Positions 37,512-46,753 of a DNA stretch of 64,000 bases are shown piece after piece. The translations under genes were made by a program, and so were the position numbers. The notes under the pieces were generated by a model. That model was not told the origin of the DNA. It did not search any database and was given only the letters and a program-made list of their open reading frames with translations. Source of the DNA: Bacillota bacterium (GTDB taxonomy: Bacteria > Bacillota > Sulfobacillia > Sulfobacillales > JAIMBI01); contig JAKATP010000002.1 of NCBI GenBank assembly GCA_021818685.1, forward strand, positions 180-64,179. Direction: 5' to 3'. Numbering within the stretch: the first letter of the stretch is position 1; the number at the start of each line of letters is the position of its first letter.

Positions 37512-37692
37512 GGATTCCTACACGGCTCGCCACGGTCCGCAAGCCCGTGCTCGGACACTGTCGATCGTGAGGCCATCCGGTCGCATCCCGCGAATGAAAC
37601 TGGCCCGGCTCTCGACAGGTTCTGCCGTTATCTGCCGCGCGTGCCGGATACGGTGGAGTGGAAGTACTCCGCAATCAAGGAGGCTCCCACGC

Positions 37693-37965
37693 ATGCTGGA
37701 AGAGCATCGCTGCCCGGTCTGCAGCACGGAGCTGGTCGTGTCGGTGGGTCCGCTGACCCTCATTGACGAGCGTATGGAACTTCGGGAGGTTTGGGGTATT
37801 CAGTGCACCCGGTGTGGGCATCTAGGCGTGCAGATCCCCAAACCGTGGCTCGCCCGGTTGTATCCTCCGGACGTGGGGCAGATTACGCTCGCACGCCGCG
37901 AGCGTCACCGTCTGCGACAGAATCTGCGGCATCGCCATCACCGTCGCGCCCCCTCGCAGTCGTGA
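37693..37965 (+). CDS. Small zinc-ribbon protein with highly basic tail
   Basis: ATG 37693 lies 9 nt after AAGGAGG. Cys pairs CPVC...CTRC. The C-terminal tail RRERHRLRQNLRHRHHRR is strongly basic. Confidence 0.45.
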   Translation: MLEEHRCPVCSTELVVSVGPLTLIDERMELREVWGIQCTRCGHLGVQIPKPWLARLYPPDVGQITLARRERHRLRQNLRHRHHRRAPSQS

Positions 37966-38130
37966 CCGGCGTCTAAAGCCCGCGTGCTATGATGGAGGGG
38001 ACGGTGCGCGTCCCGGCGTCTGCGCTTCACGTGGGGACGATGCGGGACCCGCTGACGACGGCATCCCCACGGATGATGCCGCTGTTTTTATGTCGCGGGG
38101 GTACAGTGCGCACCGTGGGGAGTTGAACGG

Positions 38131-38958
38131 TTGAAGCTCGGTGACGCACTTTATGAAGCGGGATACCTCGCCAATCCGGCCCTGACGGACATCTTGACGG
38201 TGGGCGTCGGGTTAAGTCGGCCCTTGCTGTTGGAAGGCCCCTCCGGCGTGGGCAAGACTGCCCTGGCCGACGCTTTGGCAACGGCTCTCGGCCGGCCCTT
38301 GCACCGTCTGCAGTGCTACGAAGGGATTGACGCCAGCCAGGCTCTTTATGACTGGAACTACGCTCGCCAGCTGGTCGATCTGGCGGAACGCCGGGGCGAG
38401 GACCCGTTCCGTCGGGAATACCTCCTGCCGCGGCCGCTTTTGGCCGCCCTGATGGAGAGATCGGGCGCCGTCTTGCTGGTGGACGAGGTGGATCGGGCCG
38501 ACGAGGGGTTCGAGGCCATGCTGTTGGAGGTGTTGGGAGAGAACCAGGTCACGGTGCCCGAATACGGGACCGTGCGCGCGGCGGGGCCCGTCCAGGCCAT
38601 CTTGACCAGCAACCGCACCCGCCCGCTGTCAGACGCTTTGCGCCGCCGTTGCCTGTACCACCGCATCGAATGGCCCAGCCCGGACGAAGAGACACGGATT
38701 GTGCGTCTACACCTGCCGCAAGCGGAGACGGACCTCGTGGCAGCGGCCGTCCGGGTCGCTGACACGCTCCGACACCTCGACCTCGTGAAGCCGCCGGGTA
38801 TTGGCGAGACGCTCGACCTGGTGCGCGGAGCGCTGGCCCTCCACATCCCGGTCTTGTCGGCGAGTGCACTCCGACGTCTCCTCGGGACCATCATCAAGGA
38901 TGCCCGCGATTGGGAGCTGGTGGAGCCGCGGGTCGAGGAACTTTTGGAGGGTGGCTGA
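38131..38958 (+). CDS. MoxR-type AAA+ ATPase (CoxD-like)
   Basis: Walker A LLLEGPSGVGKT, Walker B VLLVDEVDRA, and MoxR-like length (275 aa). TTG start lies 8 nt after GGGGAG. Confidence 0.9.
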   Translation: MKLGDALYEAGYLANPALTDILTVGVGLSRPLLLEGPSGVGKTALADALATALGRPLHRLQCYEGIDASQALYDWNYARQLVDLAERRGEDPFRREYLLPRPLLAALMERSGAVLLVDEVDRADEGFEAMLLEVLGENQVTVPEYGTVRAAGPVQAILTSNRTRPLSDALRRRCLYHRIEWPSPDEETRIVRLHLPQAETDLVAAAVRVADTLRHLDLVKPPGIGETLDLVRGALALHIPVLSASALRRLLGTIIKDARDWELVEPRVEELLEGG

Positions 38959-39024
38959 AGGACCGAACCGGCACGGACCGATTTCCCTTCGGACCCGAAA
39001 ACTCCCACCGGCCCCGAGCCACTG

Positions 39025-39810
39025 GTGGGAACGCCCGGGACCCGGGAGCGGCCCGAGCGCCGGCAGGGCGTAGGCGGGGGGACGCTGGCCCCGGGCGGGC
39101 GAGCGGGCTTGGTCGATCCCCGGCTTGACCGGCCGCTCCGTGAGGCCGTTGCGGCCTGGGGGAGCCGTCCGACCGTGGGAGCCCTGTTTGGGGTTCGCCA
39201 CGGGGTGGACGTGGAACCGGACCTGGCCGGCACCGCCCGTGTGGCTCTGCGGCGGGGTGGAATGGTGTCGTGGCCGGTCAAGGAGCCGAGGAGGCGGCGG
39301 CGGCCCGGCATCCTGGTTCTGTGGGACGTGTCGGGATCGATGGGAGAGTTCGTGCCGCACTTCTTTCCGTGGCTCCACGGCGTGGTGCAGACGCGCGAGA
39401 ACGTCCGGGTGGTGGCCTTCGCGCGCGACTTCGTGGAGGTGACGGGATCGCTCCTGCGGCCGGCCGTCGAGGCGCGGACGGCCTTGCAGGGCATCGAAGG
39501 GATATTTGGCGGCGGCACTGCCATTGCTTCCACCGTGCGGTCCTGCCGGCTTTTGGGCCTGGTGCGTCCGTCCACGGTGGTGGTGATGATATCGGACGGA
39601 TGGGAAGCCGAGGCACCGGCGGCTCTCGCCCATGAACTGGCGGCGCTCGCCGGTGAGGCGCGCCGTCTGGTGTGGGTGAATCCCCTCATGGCCACGCCGG
39701 GGTACGAGCCGGTGCAACGGGGGATCGAGACGGCGCGGCGGTATGCCGATATCATGGAGGCGGGCCTGCCATATGCCAGCTTGACGCGACTCGGGCGCGT
39801 GGCGGGTTAG
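39025..39810 (+). CDS. VWA domain protein (CoxE-like)
   Basis: MIDAS-like ILVLWDVSGSM, later VVVMISDGWE. The position directly after a MoxR ATPase is typical of CoxD/CoxE-type pairs. Confidence 0.75.
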   Translation: MGTPGTRERPERRQGVGGGTLAPGGRAGLVDPRLDRPLREAVAAWGSRPTVGALFGVRHGVDVEPDLAGTARVALRRGGMVSWPVKEPRRRRRPGILVLWDVSGSMGEFVPHFFPWLHGVVQTRENVRVVAFARDFVEVTGSLLRPAVEARTALQGIEGIFGGGTAIASTVRSCRLLGLVRPSTVVVMISDGWEAEAPAALAHELAALAGEARRLVWVNPLMATPGYEPVQRGIETARRYADIMEAGLPYASLTRLGRVAG

Positions 39811-39945
39811 AGCCTGTGGGGCAGGAAAATCCGCCTCCGATGTTCAAATCAGGAATGAGGACGAGGCGCCCGAGACTCCGCACAGGTCCGGCGACATGCC
39901 GCCCTTTACAGCGGAACAGCTCGATGATGAAGGGAGTCAGAGAGC

Positions 39946-40818
39946 GTGAAGCCCGTAGCATTTCGTTACCATGCGCCTGACACTGTGCAGGCGGCGGTCG
40001 GCCTGCTGGAAGAGGCCGGGTTTGAGGGAAAAGTGTTGGCCGGGGGCCAGAGTCTGGTGCCGATGATGAATTTCCGTCTGGCCCGCCCGGGGATCCTGGT
40101 AGACATTCGCAAGGTACGCGGGCTCTCAGGCGTGCGATTTGAATCCGGGTACATAGTCGTGGGGGCGCTCACGACGCACGAGGACATCTTCCTGCATGAG
40201 GAGCTGGCGCACCGTCTGCCGGTCATGCGCGCGGCTGCGGCGCTCATCGGACACTGGGGAATCCGGGTGCGCGGGACCATTGGCGGAAGCGTCGCGCATG
40301 CGGACCCGGCGGCTGAGTGGCCGGCGGTGATGATGGCGTTGTCGGCGTCGGCCCTGGTTTCGGGCCCGGCCGGAGAGCGCGAGGTGTCGATGGAGGAACT
40401 CGTGGCGGGTCCTCTCACCACGACCTTGGAACCGGCAGATGTGGTAACGGCCCTGAAGATTCCGGCACCGACCGCGGGGGAACGGACCGGCATCTATGAG
40501 GTCGCGCGGCGTCCGGGCGACTTTGCCCTCGTGGGTGCGGTGGCGAAGACCAAGGGCGATAGCGTGCGTCTGACGTGGTTTGGTCTTGGTACCGTCCCGC
40601 AAGCGCGTGAATCCGACAGCTTCGGAAGCCTCTCGGAGAAGGCCCAGGCGGAACAGCTCTCCCGCTGGGGGGAGGAGCTGGAGGCCGAGTCGGACCTGCA
40701 CGCCTCGGCGACGTGGCGCAAGCGTGTGGCAGCCGTCGTGGCCCGCCGTGCTTTGTCGGCGGCGGCGTCCGACGACGCGGGATTAGAGGCCGGGGAAAGG
40801 AGTGGTCTTCATGTCTGA
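39946..40818 (+). CDS. Xanthine dehydrogenase/CO dehydrogenase family FAD-binding medium subunit (CoxM/CutM-like)
   Basis: FRYHAPDTVQAAVGLLEE...VLAGGQSLVPMMNFRLARP and GTIGGSVAHADP are typical of the FAD_binding_5 medium subunit. Confidence 0.9.
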   Translation: MKPVAFRYHAPDTVQAAVGLLEEAGFEGKVLAGGQSLVPMMNFRLARPGILVDIRKVRGLSGVRFESGYIVVGALTTHEDIFLHEELAHRLPVMRAAAALIGHWGIRVRGTIGGSVAHADPAAEWPAVMMALSASALVSGPAGEREVSMEELVAGPLTTTLEPADVVTALKIPAPTAGERTGIYEVARRPGDFALVGAVAKTKGDSVRLTWFGLGTVPQARESDSFGSLSEKAQAEQLSRWGEELEAESDLHASATWRKRVAAVVARRALSAAASDDAGLEAGERSGLHV

Positions 40819-41302
40819 GCCGAACGCGGAAAAGATTCAGATCACGCTGAACGTGAATGGGGCAGAGCGATCGGTAGCGGTCGAGCCGCGCTGGCTCTTG
40901 TCTGACGTCCTGCGTCAGGAGTTTGGCCTCACCGGGGTGCATATCGGGTGCGAGCATGGGGTCTGTGGGGCCTGCACCATCCTGGTGGATGGCGTGCCGG
41001 TCCGGAGCTGCCTGCAGTTTGCCGTGCAAGCGGAAGGTGCCCGCATCGAGACGGTAGAGGCTCTCGGAACGCCCGAGGCGATGGACCCGGTGCAGACGGC
41101 GTTCTGGGAGAAGCACGGATTGCAGTGCGGCTATTGCACGCCCGGGATGGTGTTGACGGCCAAGGCCCTCTTGGACCGGGTTCCCAATCCGACCGAGGCC
41201 GAGATCCGCCACGCGCTTTCCGGCAACCTGTGCCGATGCACCGGCTACCAGTTCATCGTGGAGGCAGTGGAGCGTGCGGCGGAGCTTAGAGCGGAGGGTT
41301 GA
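40811..41302 (+). CDS. [2Fe-2S]-binding small subunit (CoxS/CutS-like)
   Basis: ITLNVNG...GCEHGVCGACTILVDG and QCGYCTPGM...LCRCTGY provide both 2Fe-2S binding motifs. Confidence 0.92.
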   Translation: MSEPNAEKIQITLNVNGAERSVAVEPRWLLSDVLRQEFGLTGVHIGCEHGVCGACTILVDGVPVRSCLQFAVQAEGARIETVEALGTPEAMDPVQTAFWEKHGLQCGYCTPGMVLTAKALLDRVPNPTEAEIRHALSGNLCRCTGYQFIVEAVERAAELRAEG

Positions 41303-41331
41303 CCGGACCGCGCTCGCGAGGAGGACAAGCA

Positions 41332-42402
41332 TTGGCGCCGGTTGAAGATACGGCCGGAGCGGGGATTGTCGCGATCGGAGCTTATGCCCCTCAGCACCGG
41401 ATGCACAATGACGAATGGGCTCAGTACGTCGACACATCAGATGTTTGGATCTACCCCCGGACCGGCATTAAAACCCGTCACATAGCTGCGGCCGGTGAGT
41501 CGACCGCCATGGTGGCGGCCCGCGCCGGAAGCCTGTGTCTGGAGGCGGCCGGAATGGATCCGGCCGACCTCCGTTGGGTGCTCGTCTCGACCGATACCCC
41601 GGAGATGTGGAATCCGGCGACCGCGTGCTTCGTCCAGGCGGAACTGGGCGCGCGCCGTGCGGTGGCGCTGGATCTGACGGGGGGATGCTCGGGATTCGTG
41701 GCAGGCCTTGGTCTCGCGGAAGCACGCGCGCGTCTTAGGGAGCCGGTCCTGCTGATCGGCTGCGAAGTGCTGAGTCAGGCCATGGATTGGTCGGACCGGT
41801 CTACGGCCGTTCTCTTCGGCGACGGGGCTGGTGCGGCCCTGGTGATGCCGCGGGAGCCGGGAAAGCCGGCCTTTGAGATTGTAAATATCTATGCGCGGAC
41901 CGACGGCCGCGACGCAGGCATCCTGGGCAAGCCCTATGGCGGCACGAAGAATCCGCTCACGCCGGAGCTCGTGCGCGACGGCCATCATCACCGCATTGTG
42001 ATGCACGGCCCCTACGTATTTAAGAATGCTGTGACCAAGATGGCGGATGCGGCGCTTTCGTCCCTGGAAGAGGCCGGCCTCACCCTGTCGGACGTGGACC
42101 TGGTGGTTCCGCACCAGGCCAATCAGCGTATCATCGACGCCGTGGCGGACCGGCTCAAGATTCCCCGCGAGAAGGTCTTCAGCAACGTGGAGGAATACGC
42201 TAACACGGGCTCGGCCTCTATCGGTATCGCGCTGGCTGAGGCCATCGAAGCGGGGCTGATCCGCCCGGGCCAGGTCGTGCTCACGGTGGCCTTCGGATCG
42301 GGATTCTCGTGGGCGGCGAGCGTGTGGCGGGCCGCCGGGGTGCCGCCGGTGCGGGCGGAACTGAACCGGGGAGCCGTCTTAACAAAGGGCGTGGGAACAT
42401 AA
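41332..42402 (+). CDS. Beta-ketoacyl-ACP synthase III (FabH-like) family protein
   Basis: In-frame TTG 41332 lies 7 nt after GAGGAGG. Cys-His-Asn triad contexts GGCSGFVAGL, VPHQANQRI and YANTGSASI. Confidence 0.85.
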   Translation: MAPVEDTAGAGIVAIGAYAPQHRMHNDEWAQYVDTSDVWIYPRTGIKTRHIAAAGESTAMVAARAGSLCLEAAGMDPADLRWVLVSTDTPEMWNPATACFVQAELGARRAVALDLTGGCSGFVAGLGLAEARARLREPVLLIGCEVLSQAMDWSDRSTAVLFGDGAGAALVMPREPGKPAFEIVNIYARTDGRDAGILGKPYGGTKNPLTPELVRDGHHHRIVMHGPYVFKNAVTKMADAALSSLEEAGLTLSDVDLVVPHQANQRIIDAVADRLKIPREKVFSNVEEYANTGSASIGIALAEAIEAGLIRPGQVVLTVAFGSGFSWAASVWRAAGVPPVRAELNRGAVLTKGVGT

Positions 42403-44414
42403 AAATCGTACCGGAGACCTTATTCGACTTAAGGCTCGTCGGCCATCCGGTTCCGGACTATGAACGGCGCGGCATCCTATTTGTGGAGCGGTGGCTCAGC
42501 CGGGATGAGAACCAGACCCACAGCCGCATCGGACGCCTCGATCCGGAGGATCCCGAGGCTCTGGCTCATATCCGCTGGCTCACCGCGGGGCCGTCCGACA
42601 CGGCCCCCTGGCCTTCTCCCGACGGCCGCTATCTGGCTTTTCTGGCACGGCGTACGGGGAGTAGTCAGATCTGGCTCTTGCCGCGGGGCGGTGGCGAAGC
42701 GTTCCCGGTGACCCATATCCGCGGCGGCGTCAGCGAGTACGTCTGGCTGCCCGACGGCAGCGCCCTTATTGCGATAGCGGCCCTCCGTGAGGCCCGCGTC
42801 GAGGAAGAGGGGGAGGCGGATCCTGATGACCCCCGTTCGCGGTATACGCGGGATATCAAGATTATCCGCCGCCAGTACCATAAGCTCGACGGTACGGGAT
42901 TCTTCGACGAACGCCGCAAGCAACTGGTGGAGGTGTCCGTGCCGGACGGCGCGGTGCGGCTGCTCTCGACCGCCGATGCCGACCACACCGGCGTAGCCGT
43001 GAGTCCCGACGGATGTACCGTGGCGTTTGTGGCCAATCTGCGGGAGGATCGGGACGCACGGCCGACCCCCAAAGACCTCCATCTGTTGGATCGCGCGTCC
43101 GGCGCCGTAACGACCGTGACGAGCGGGGACCTCGATGCAGCGTCGCCCTCATTCTCGCCAGACGGACGCCGTGTGGCGTTTTTCGCAAGCCGGCCCGAAG
43201 ATCAGGGGTATGGCAACACGAGTCTGTTCGTGGCCGAGGAAGGACACGTGACCGAGTGGACGCGGGCCCTCGACCGTCCCCTCGGTGATCAGAGTGCGTC
43301 CGATGTCGCGATGGGGGGGCGCACGACTCCCGTTTTTACCCCGGACGGGCGGGTGGTTCAGGCGCTCGTCACGCGGGAGGGCCGGGTGGAGGTGTGGGCG
43401 TTTGACGGACACGGTGGCGGAGCGCCCGTCCTAACGGGCGCGCGGGCGATCGTGTCCCTCACGGCGGATGCAACGGGGGCTCTCGTGGGGGCCTACTCCG
43501 ACCCGGTCACGCCGTCAGCCCTCTTCATGGCGACGGAGCAGGGCGAGCAGACGTGGATCTGGCCCGTGCCCTGGGAGTCGGACGATGTGGCGCGGCCCGT
43601 GAAGCTTTCGGCGCGGGCCGCCCTGGGACCGCCGATCGATGTCTTTCTCGTGCGTCCCTCGCATGCGGCCCTGACTCGCCATCCGGTGGTGATAGAGGTG
43701 CACGGGGGACCCATGAGCATGTACGCCGAGCGCTTCTTTTTCGAATTCCAGGTATTGGTATCGTCGGGCATGGCCGTCATTTTCAGCAATCCGCGTGGCA
43801 GTGTGGGTTACGGACACGCGTTTTGTACGGCCATCATGGGGGAGTGGGGCGACAAGGACTATCGCGATGTGATGGCGGCCTTAGAGGCAGCGCTTGAGGC
43901 GGATGCGACACTTGATGCCGACCGCGTCGCGATTGCAGGCGGTTCGTACGGCGGCTTTGTGGTGAATTGGGCCATCGCCCACACGGACCGGTTTCGGGCG
44001 GCCGTCTCCATGCGCTCGGTGGTGAACCGCGTGTCGGCGATGGGCACCAGCGACATGGGTTGGCTTCGCATGCCGCAATATGGGAATGCCCGCTGGTGGG
44101 AGGATCCGGAGCCCTACTGGCAGCAATCGCCGCTCCGCTACGCGAGTGCCATCCACACTCCGCTCCTCCTGGAGCACCAGGAAAACGACCTGCGGCTCCC
44201 GGTGGAGCAGGCCGAGCAGCTGTTTTCCGCTCTGAAGGTGACGGGGCAGGATGTGACGCTGGTCCGCTATCCCGGAGAGTCGCACGGGATGAGTCGGGAC
44301 GGGAAGCCCTGGCATCGGGTGGCAAGGCTTGAAATGCTGGTGGATTTTCTCTCCAGACATCTGCTTTCGGATAACGGCGACGAGCCCGGCTCCAGCGGTA
44401 ATGACCACCCATGA
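42309..44414 (+). CDS. S9 family serine peptidase (prolyl oligopeptidase/acylaminoacyl-peptidase type)
   Basis: N-terminal beta-propeller-like region with repeated SPDG motifs and a C-terminal catalytic domain containing GGSYGGF. The start is uncertain (see findings). Confidence 0.88.
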   Translation: MGGERVAGRRGAAGAGGTEPGSRLNKGRGNIKIVPETLFDLRLVGHPVPDYERRGILFVERWLSRDENQTHSRIGRLDPEDPEALAHIRWLTAGPSDTAPWPSPDGRYLAFLARRTGSSQIWLLPRGGGEAFPVTHIRGGVSEYVWLPDGSALIAIAALREARVEEEGEADPDDPRSRYTRDIKIIRRQYHKLDGTGFFDERRKQLVEVSVPDGAVRLLSTADADHTGVAVSPDGCTVAFVANLREDRDARPTPKDLHLLDRASGAVTTVTSGDLDAASPSFSPDGRRVAFFASRPEDQGYGNTSLFVAEEGHVTEWTRALDRPLGDQSASDVAMGGRTTPVFTPDGRVVQALVTREGRVEVWAFDGHGGGAPVLTGARAIVSLTADATGALVGAYSDPVTPSALFMATEQGEQTWIWPVPWESDDVARPVKLSARAALGPPIDVFLVRPSHAALTRHPVVIEVHGGPMSMYAERFFFEFQVLVSSGMAVIFSNPRGSVGYGHAFCTAIMGEWGDKDYRDVMAALEAALEADATLDADRVAIAGGSYGGFVVNWAIAHTDRFRAAVSMRSVVNRVSAMGTSDMGWLRMPQYGNARWWEDPEPYWQQSPLRYASAIHTPLLLEHQENDLRLPVEQAEQLFSALKVTGQDVTLVRYPGESHGMSRDGKPWHRVARLEMLVDFLSRHLLSDNGDEPGSSGNDHP

Positions 44415-44642
44415 CGGGAAGCTGCGGGATCGCTCCCCGAATGTCCTGGCTTAAGAATCTCGGCGCCGGCGTCGTTGGCCCAAGACGACTGACGCGGCGT
44501 CGCCACGCCACGATCTCCACCGAGCGTCTGCGCGACGAGCTGCGGCCACCGGCTCCGTCGCCGCATCGAGGGGACTGGCCGGACCTCATCACGGATCCCG
44601 AATCCTCCCTCGGTCTGCGCACCCGCCGCCCGGACGGGGAAC

Positions 44643-45416
44643 CTAAGCGAGACGGCGCTCATGATAGAGCCGGGCCGCGCGGGACCACTCCTTCACGTCG
44701 AGTTCCGAGGGGGTGAGCTGGTAGAGGCTTTCGAATCCCGCCAATAGGGCTCGTTCCACCTCCTCGAGACCGATCGGGTGACCGAGCAGACGTTCGAGGT
44801 TAGTCACCGCCTCGGCGCGCAGGCGGCGGGGCGAACCGCCCAGTTCATACAGCTCCTCGATGATGCGGGTAGTCTCTACCGGATCCTGGTTCACGAGGAT
44901 CATGCCGCTCACAAGGGCAAAGCCTCCGCGGATGGCCTGGGCCACGCCCGCAATCTTGACACCGTCCACCACCATATCCCAGGGGCCCTCGCAGTACGAG
45001 CCGGCTGCCCGTCCGTAGACCACATTCTCTAGTCCGAGATGCCGAAAGGCGCGCAGGACACCCTCGCCGAGCTCCCGGAAGTTCCGCTCGAGCGCGGTCA
45101 AGTCACGGCTCTTGCGGGCCACCCCGAACGAGATCGTGCCCGCGTCTTGCCACACCAGGCTCCCGCCTCCGATGCGAATGAACGCGGGAAGTCCACGTGC
45201 CTCCGCCCAGTCCCGGATGCGGTCCAGTCCCGGTAGCCGGCGGTCGCTCGGTCCCAAAAGAACGTATGGCCGATGCCGCCGGATTACCACGGTGAGCATG
45301 TCGCGCTCCGCGGCGGATACGGCGGCCGTTTCGGTCAAAACGGGCGAAAGGCGGAGCGCCGAGTCCGGCGCTCCGGCCCCCAGATGAATCAGGCGAGCCG
45401 GCGGGAAGTGGTCCAT
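44643..45416 (-). CDS. Biotin/lipoate A/B protein ligase family protein (LplA/LipM-like)
   Basis: 257 aa. The IRIGGGSLVWQDAGTISFGV and VDGVKIAGVAQAIR (conserved Lys) regions are typical of the BPL_LplA_LipB fold. Confidence 0.78.
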   Translation of the reverse strand: MDHFPPARLIHLGAGAPDSALRLSPVLTETAAVSAAERDMLTVVIRRHRPYVLLGPSDRRLPGLDRIRDWAEARGLPAFIRIGGGSLVWQDAGTISFGVARKSRDLTALERNFRELGEGVLRAFRHLGLENVVYGRAAGSYCEGPWDMVVDGVKIAGVAQAIRGGFALVSGMILVNQDPVETTRIIEELYELGGSPRRLRAEAVTNLERLLGHPIGLEEVERALLAGFESLYQLTPSELDVKEWSRAARLYHERRLA

Positions 45417-45875
45417 GAAGGTAAGTGTACCGCAGCGGGCAGGGGGCTTTGCGTGATGCAGGGCGACGGATGGCTATGGCTGCCGGTGGATTTAACGAGC
45501 ATGAGCGAACCGCTCGCCAACATGACGCACGCGTGACGTAGGCTTCATGAGCCAGACAGCGTGGTCCTGGGGAATACCTGAGCCTCCAGATTCCGGCGAC
45601 GATGTGCAGCACTCCTCGCCCAGATTCGAAGACGGACGGCTAGTGGGACATGCTCGAGGTGGCGTGCGGGATCCGTGAGTCCGACGATATCGAGACCATG
45701 TTCCGATAGCTAGATCGTGCTGGAGAAGTCCCGGGACACCGCACGGGAACAACGCGCGTTATAGAGAGAAGCATAAATGGTCGCCGGAAAGTAGGGTAAG
45801 TCTTGAATGACTACGCGGAATGCGCCATATTATGACATTACTTTGCCGTCTCAGCCGCAAAGTAGGTGGTGACGC

Positions 45876-46722
45876 ATGGGCATTAGTTTTCGTTCGGTGG
45901 TGGCGGACTTGGTGCGACATCCGCATCGATTATTGGGCGGGGTGACCGTGGCAGCGCACGCACCAGTGCTGGGTATTGTTCTTGGTCCGCCATCGTCAGG
46001 GTACGCGGCATCCGGCTCGTGCCAAAGCCCCCATTGCTACTCGGAGTTGGTGGGCAACGGTTCGTTTGCTGGGGCGGAATCCCAGTTCCACAACGAAAGC
46101 CTCCCCATGCCAAACTCCGAAGTCCGGGTCGGAAGGCACCTGACCAATGAATTGTGGCTGGTTGCCCAACACTCGTCCAGTGTAGTTGACTGGGTTGAGG
46201 AAGGCGTAGCCATTGGATGCTCAGTGTTTCCTGGAAGCGGTCAAACCTGGAGCCAAGCCGGGGGGCGCCGGAGTATCCAAAGTTTTGGGCTGATGACTAC
46301 GGGGCTCCTTACTGCATTTATGGATGATTCCACTTCCACAGCAAGGGCGCGGTCAGCGCCGACGGCACCAATCATGGGTGTGAAATCTGGCGCCCCAACA
46401 ATGGCAACAACGCCACCTACAACATTTACTACGACTATAAGCAGATCGGCACACAAGCACGACTCAACACGTCTCCCGCGGGATCCAGGTCCAAAACGGC
46501 ATGGAACTTTATGCACCATATGGGATCAATCCCAACGAGTCCTCAGGAACGTTCAACAACTACGCTGAGGCATATCAGAACGGCGCAGGCTGGGTGTACT
46601 TCACGAGCTCTGACTCGTACGGCACGGTAGACGACGGTTGCGGGAGTGGATACGCACAAGGGTATTGCTTGAACGGCATCGGCTATCAGGCCAGCGAGTG
46701 GAGTGATAACAAGCCCTCGTAG
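45876..46722 (+). pseudogene. Disrupted secreted-protein gene (two frame changes plus an in-frame TGA), family unrecognised
   Basis: The protein-like reading starts at ATG 45876 after AGGTGGTG. It continues in a different frame after the G6 run at 46260-46265 (APEYPKFWADDYGAPYCIYG), is interrupted by TGA at 46325-46327, and resumes (FHFHSKGAVSADGTNHGCEIWRPNNGNNATYNIYYDYKQIG). It changes frame again near 46475-46485 and runs to the stop at 46722 (GMELYAPYGINPNESSGTFNNYAEAYQNGAGWVYF...). Confidence 0.5.
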
Positions 46723-46753
46723 CGAGGAGTGGCACGAAAGGAGCGGGGGCGGT

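Noticed and set aside
38358-39755. 465-aa and 336-aa minus-strand ORFs
   Set aside because: They are antisense to the MoxR and VWA genes. Their Ser/Arg/Pro/Thr-rich translations have no recognisable motifs, so they are shadow ORFs.
44725-44745. TTCGAATCC T-loop-like sequence
   Set aside because: It lies inside the lipoate-ligase-family CDS, and the flanking bases cannot form a T stem or the rest of a cloverleaf.
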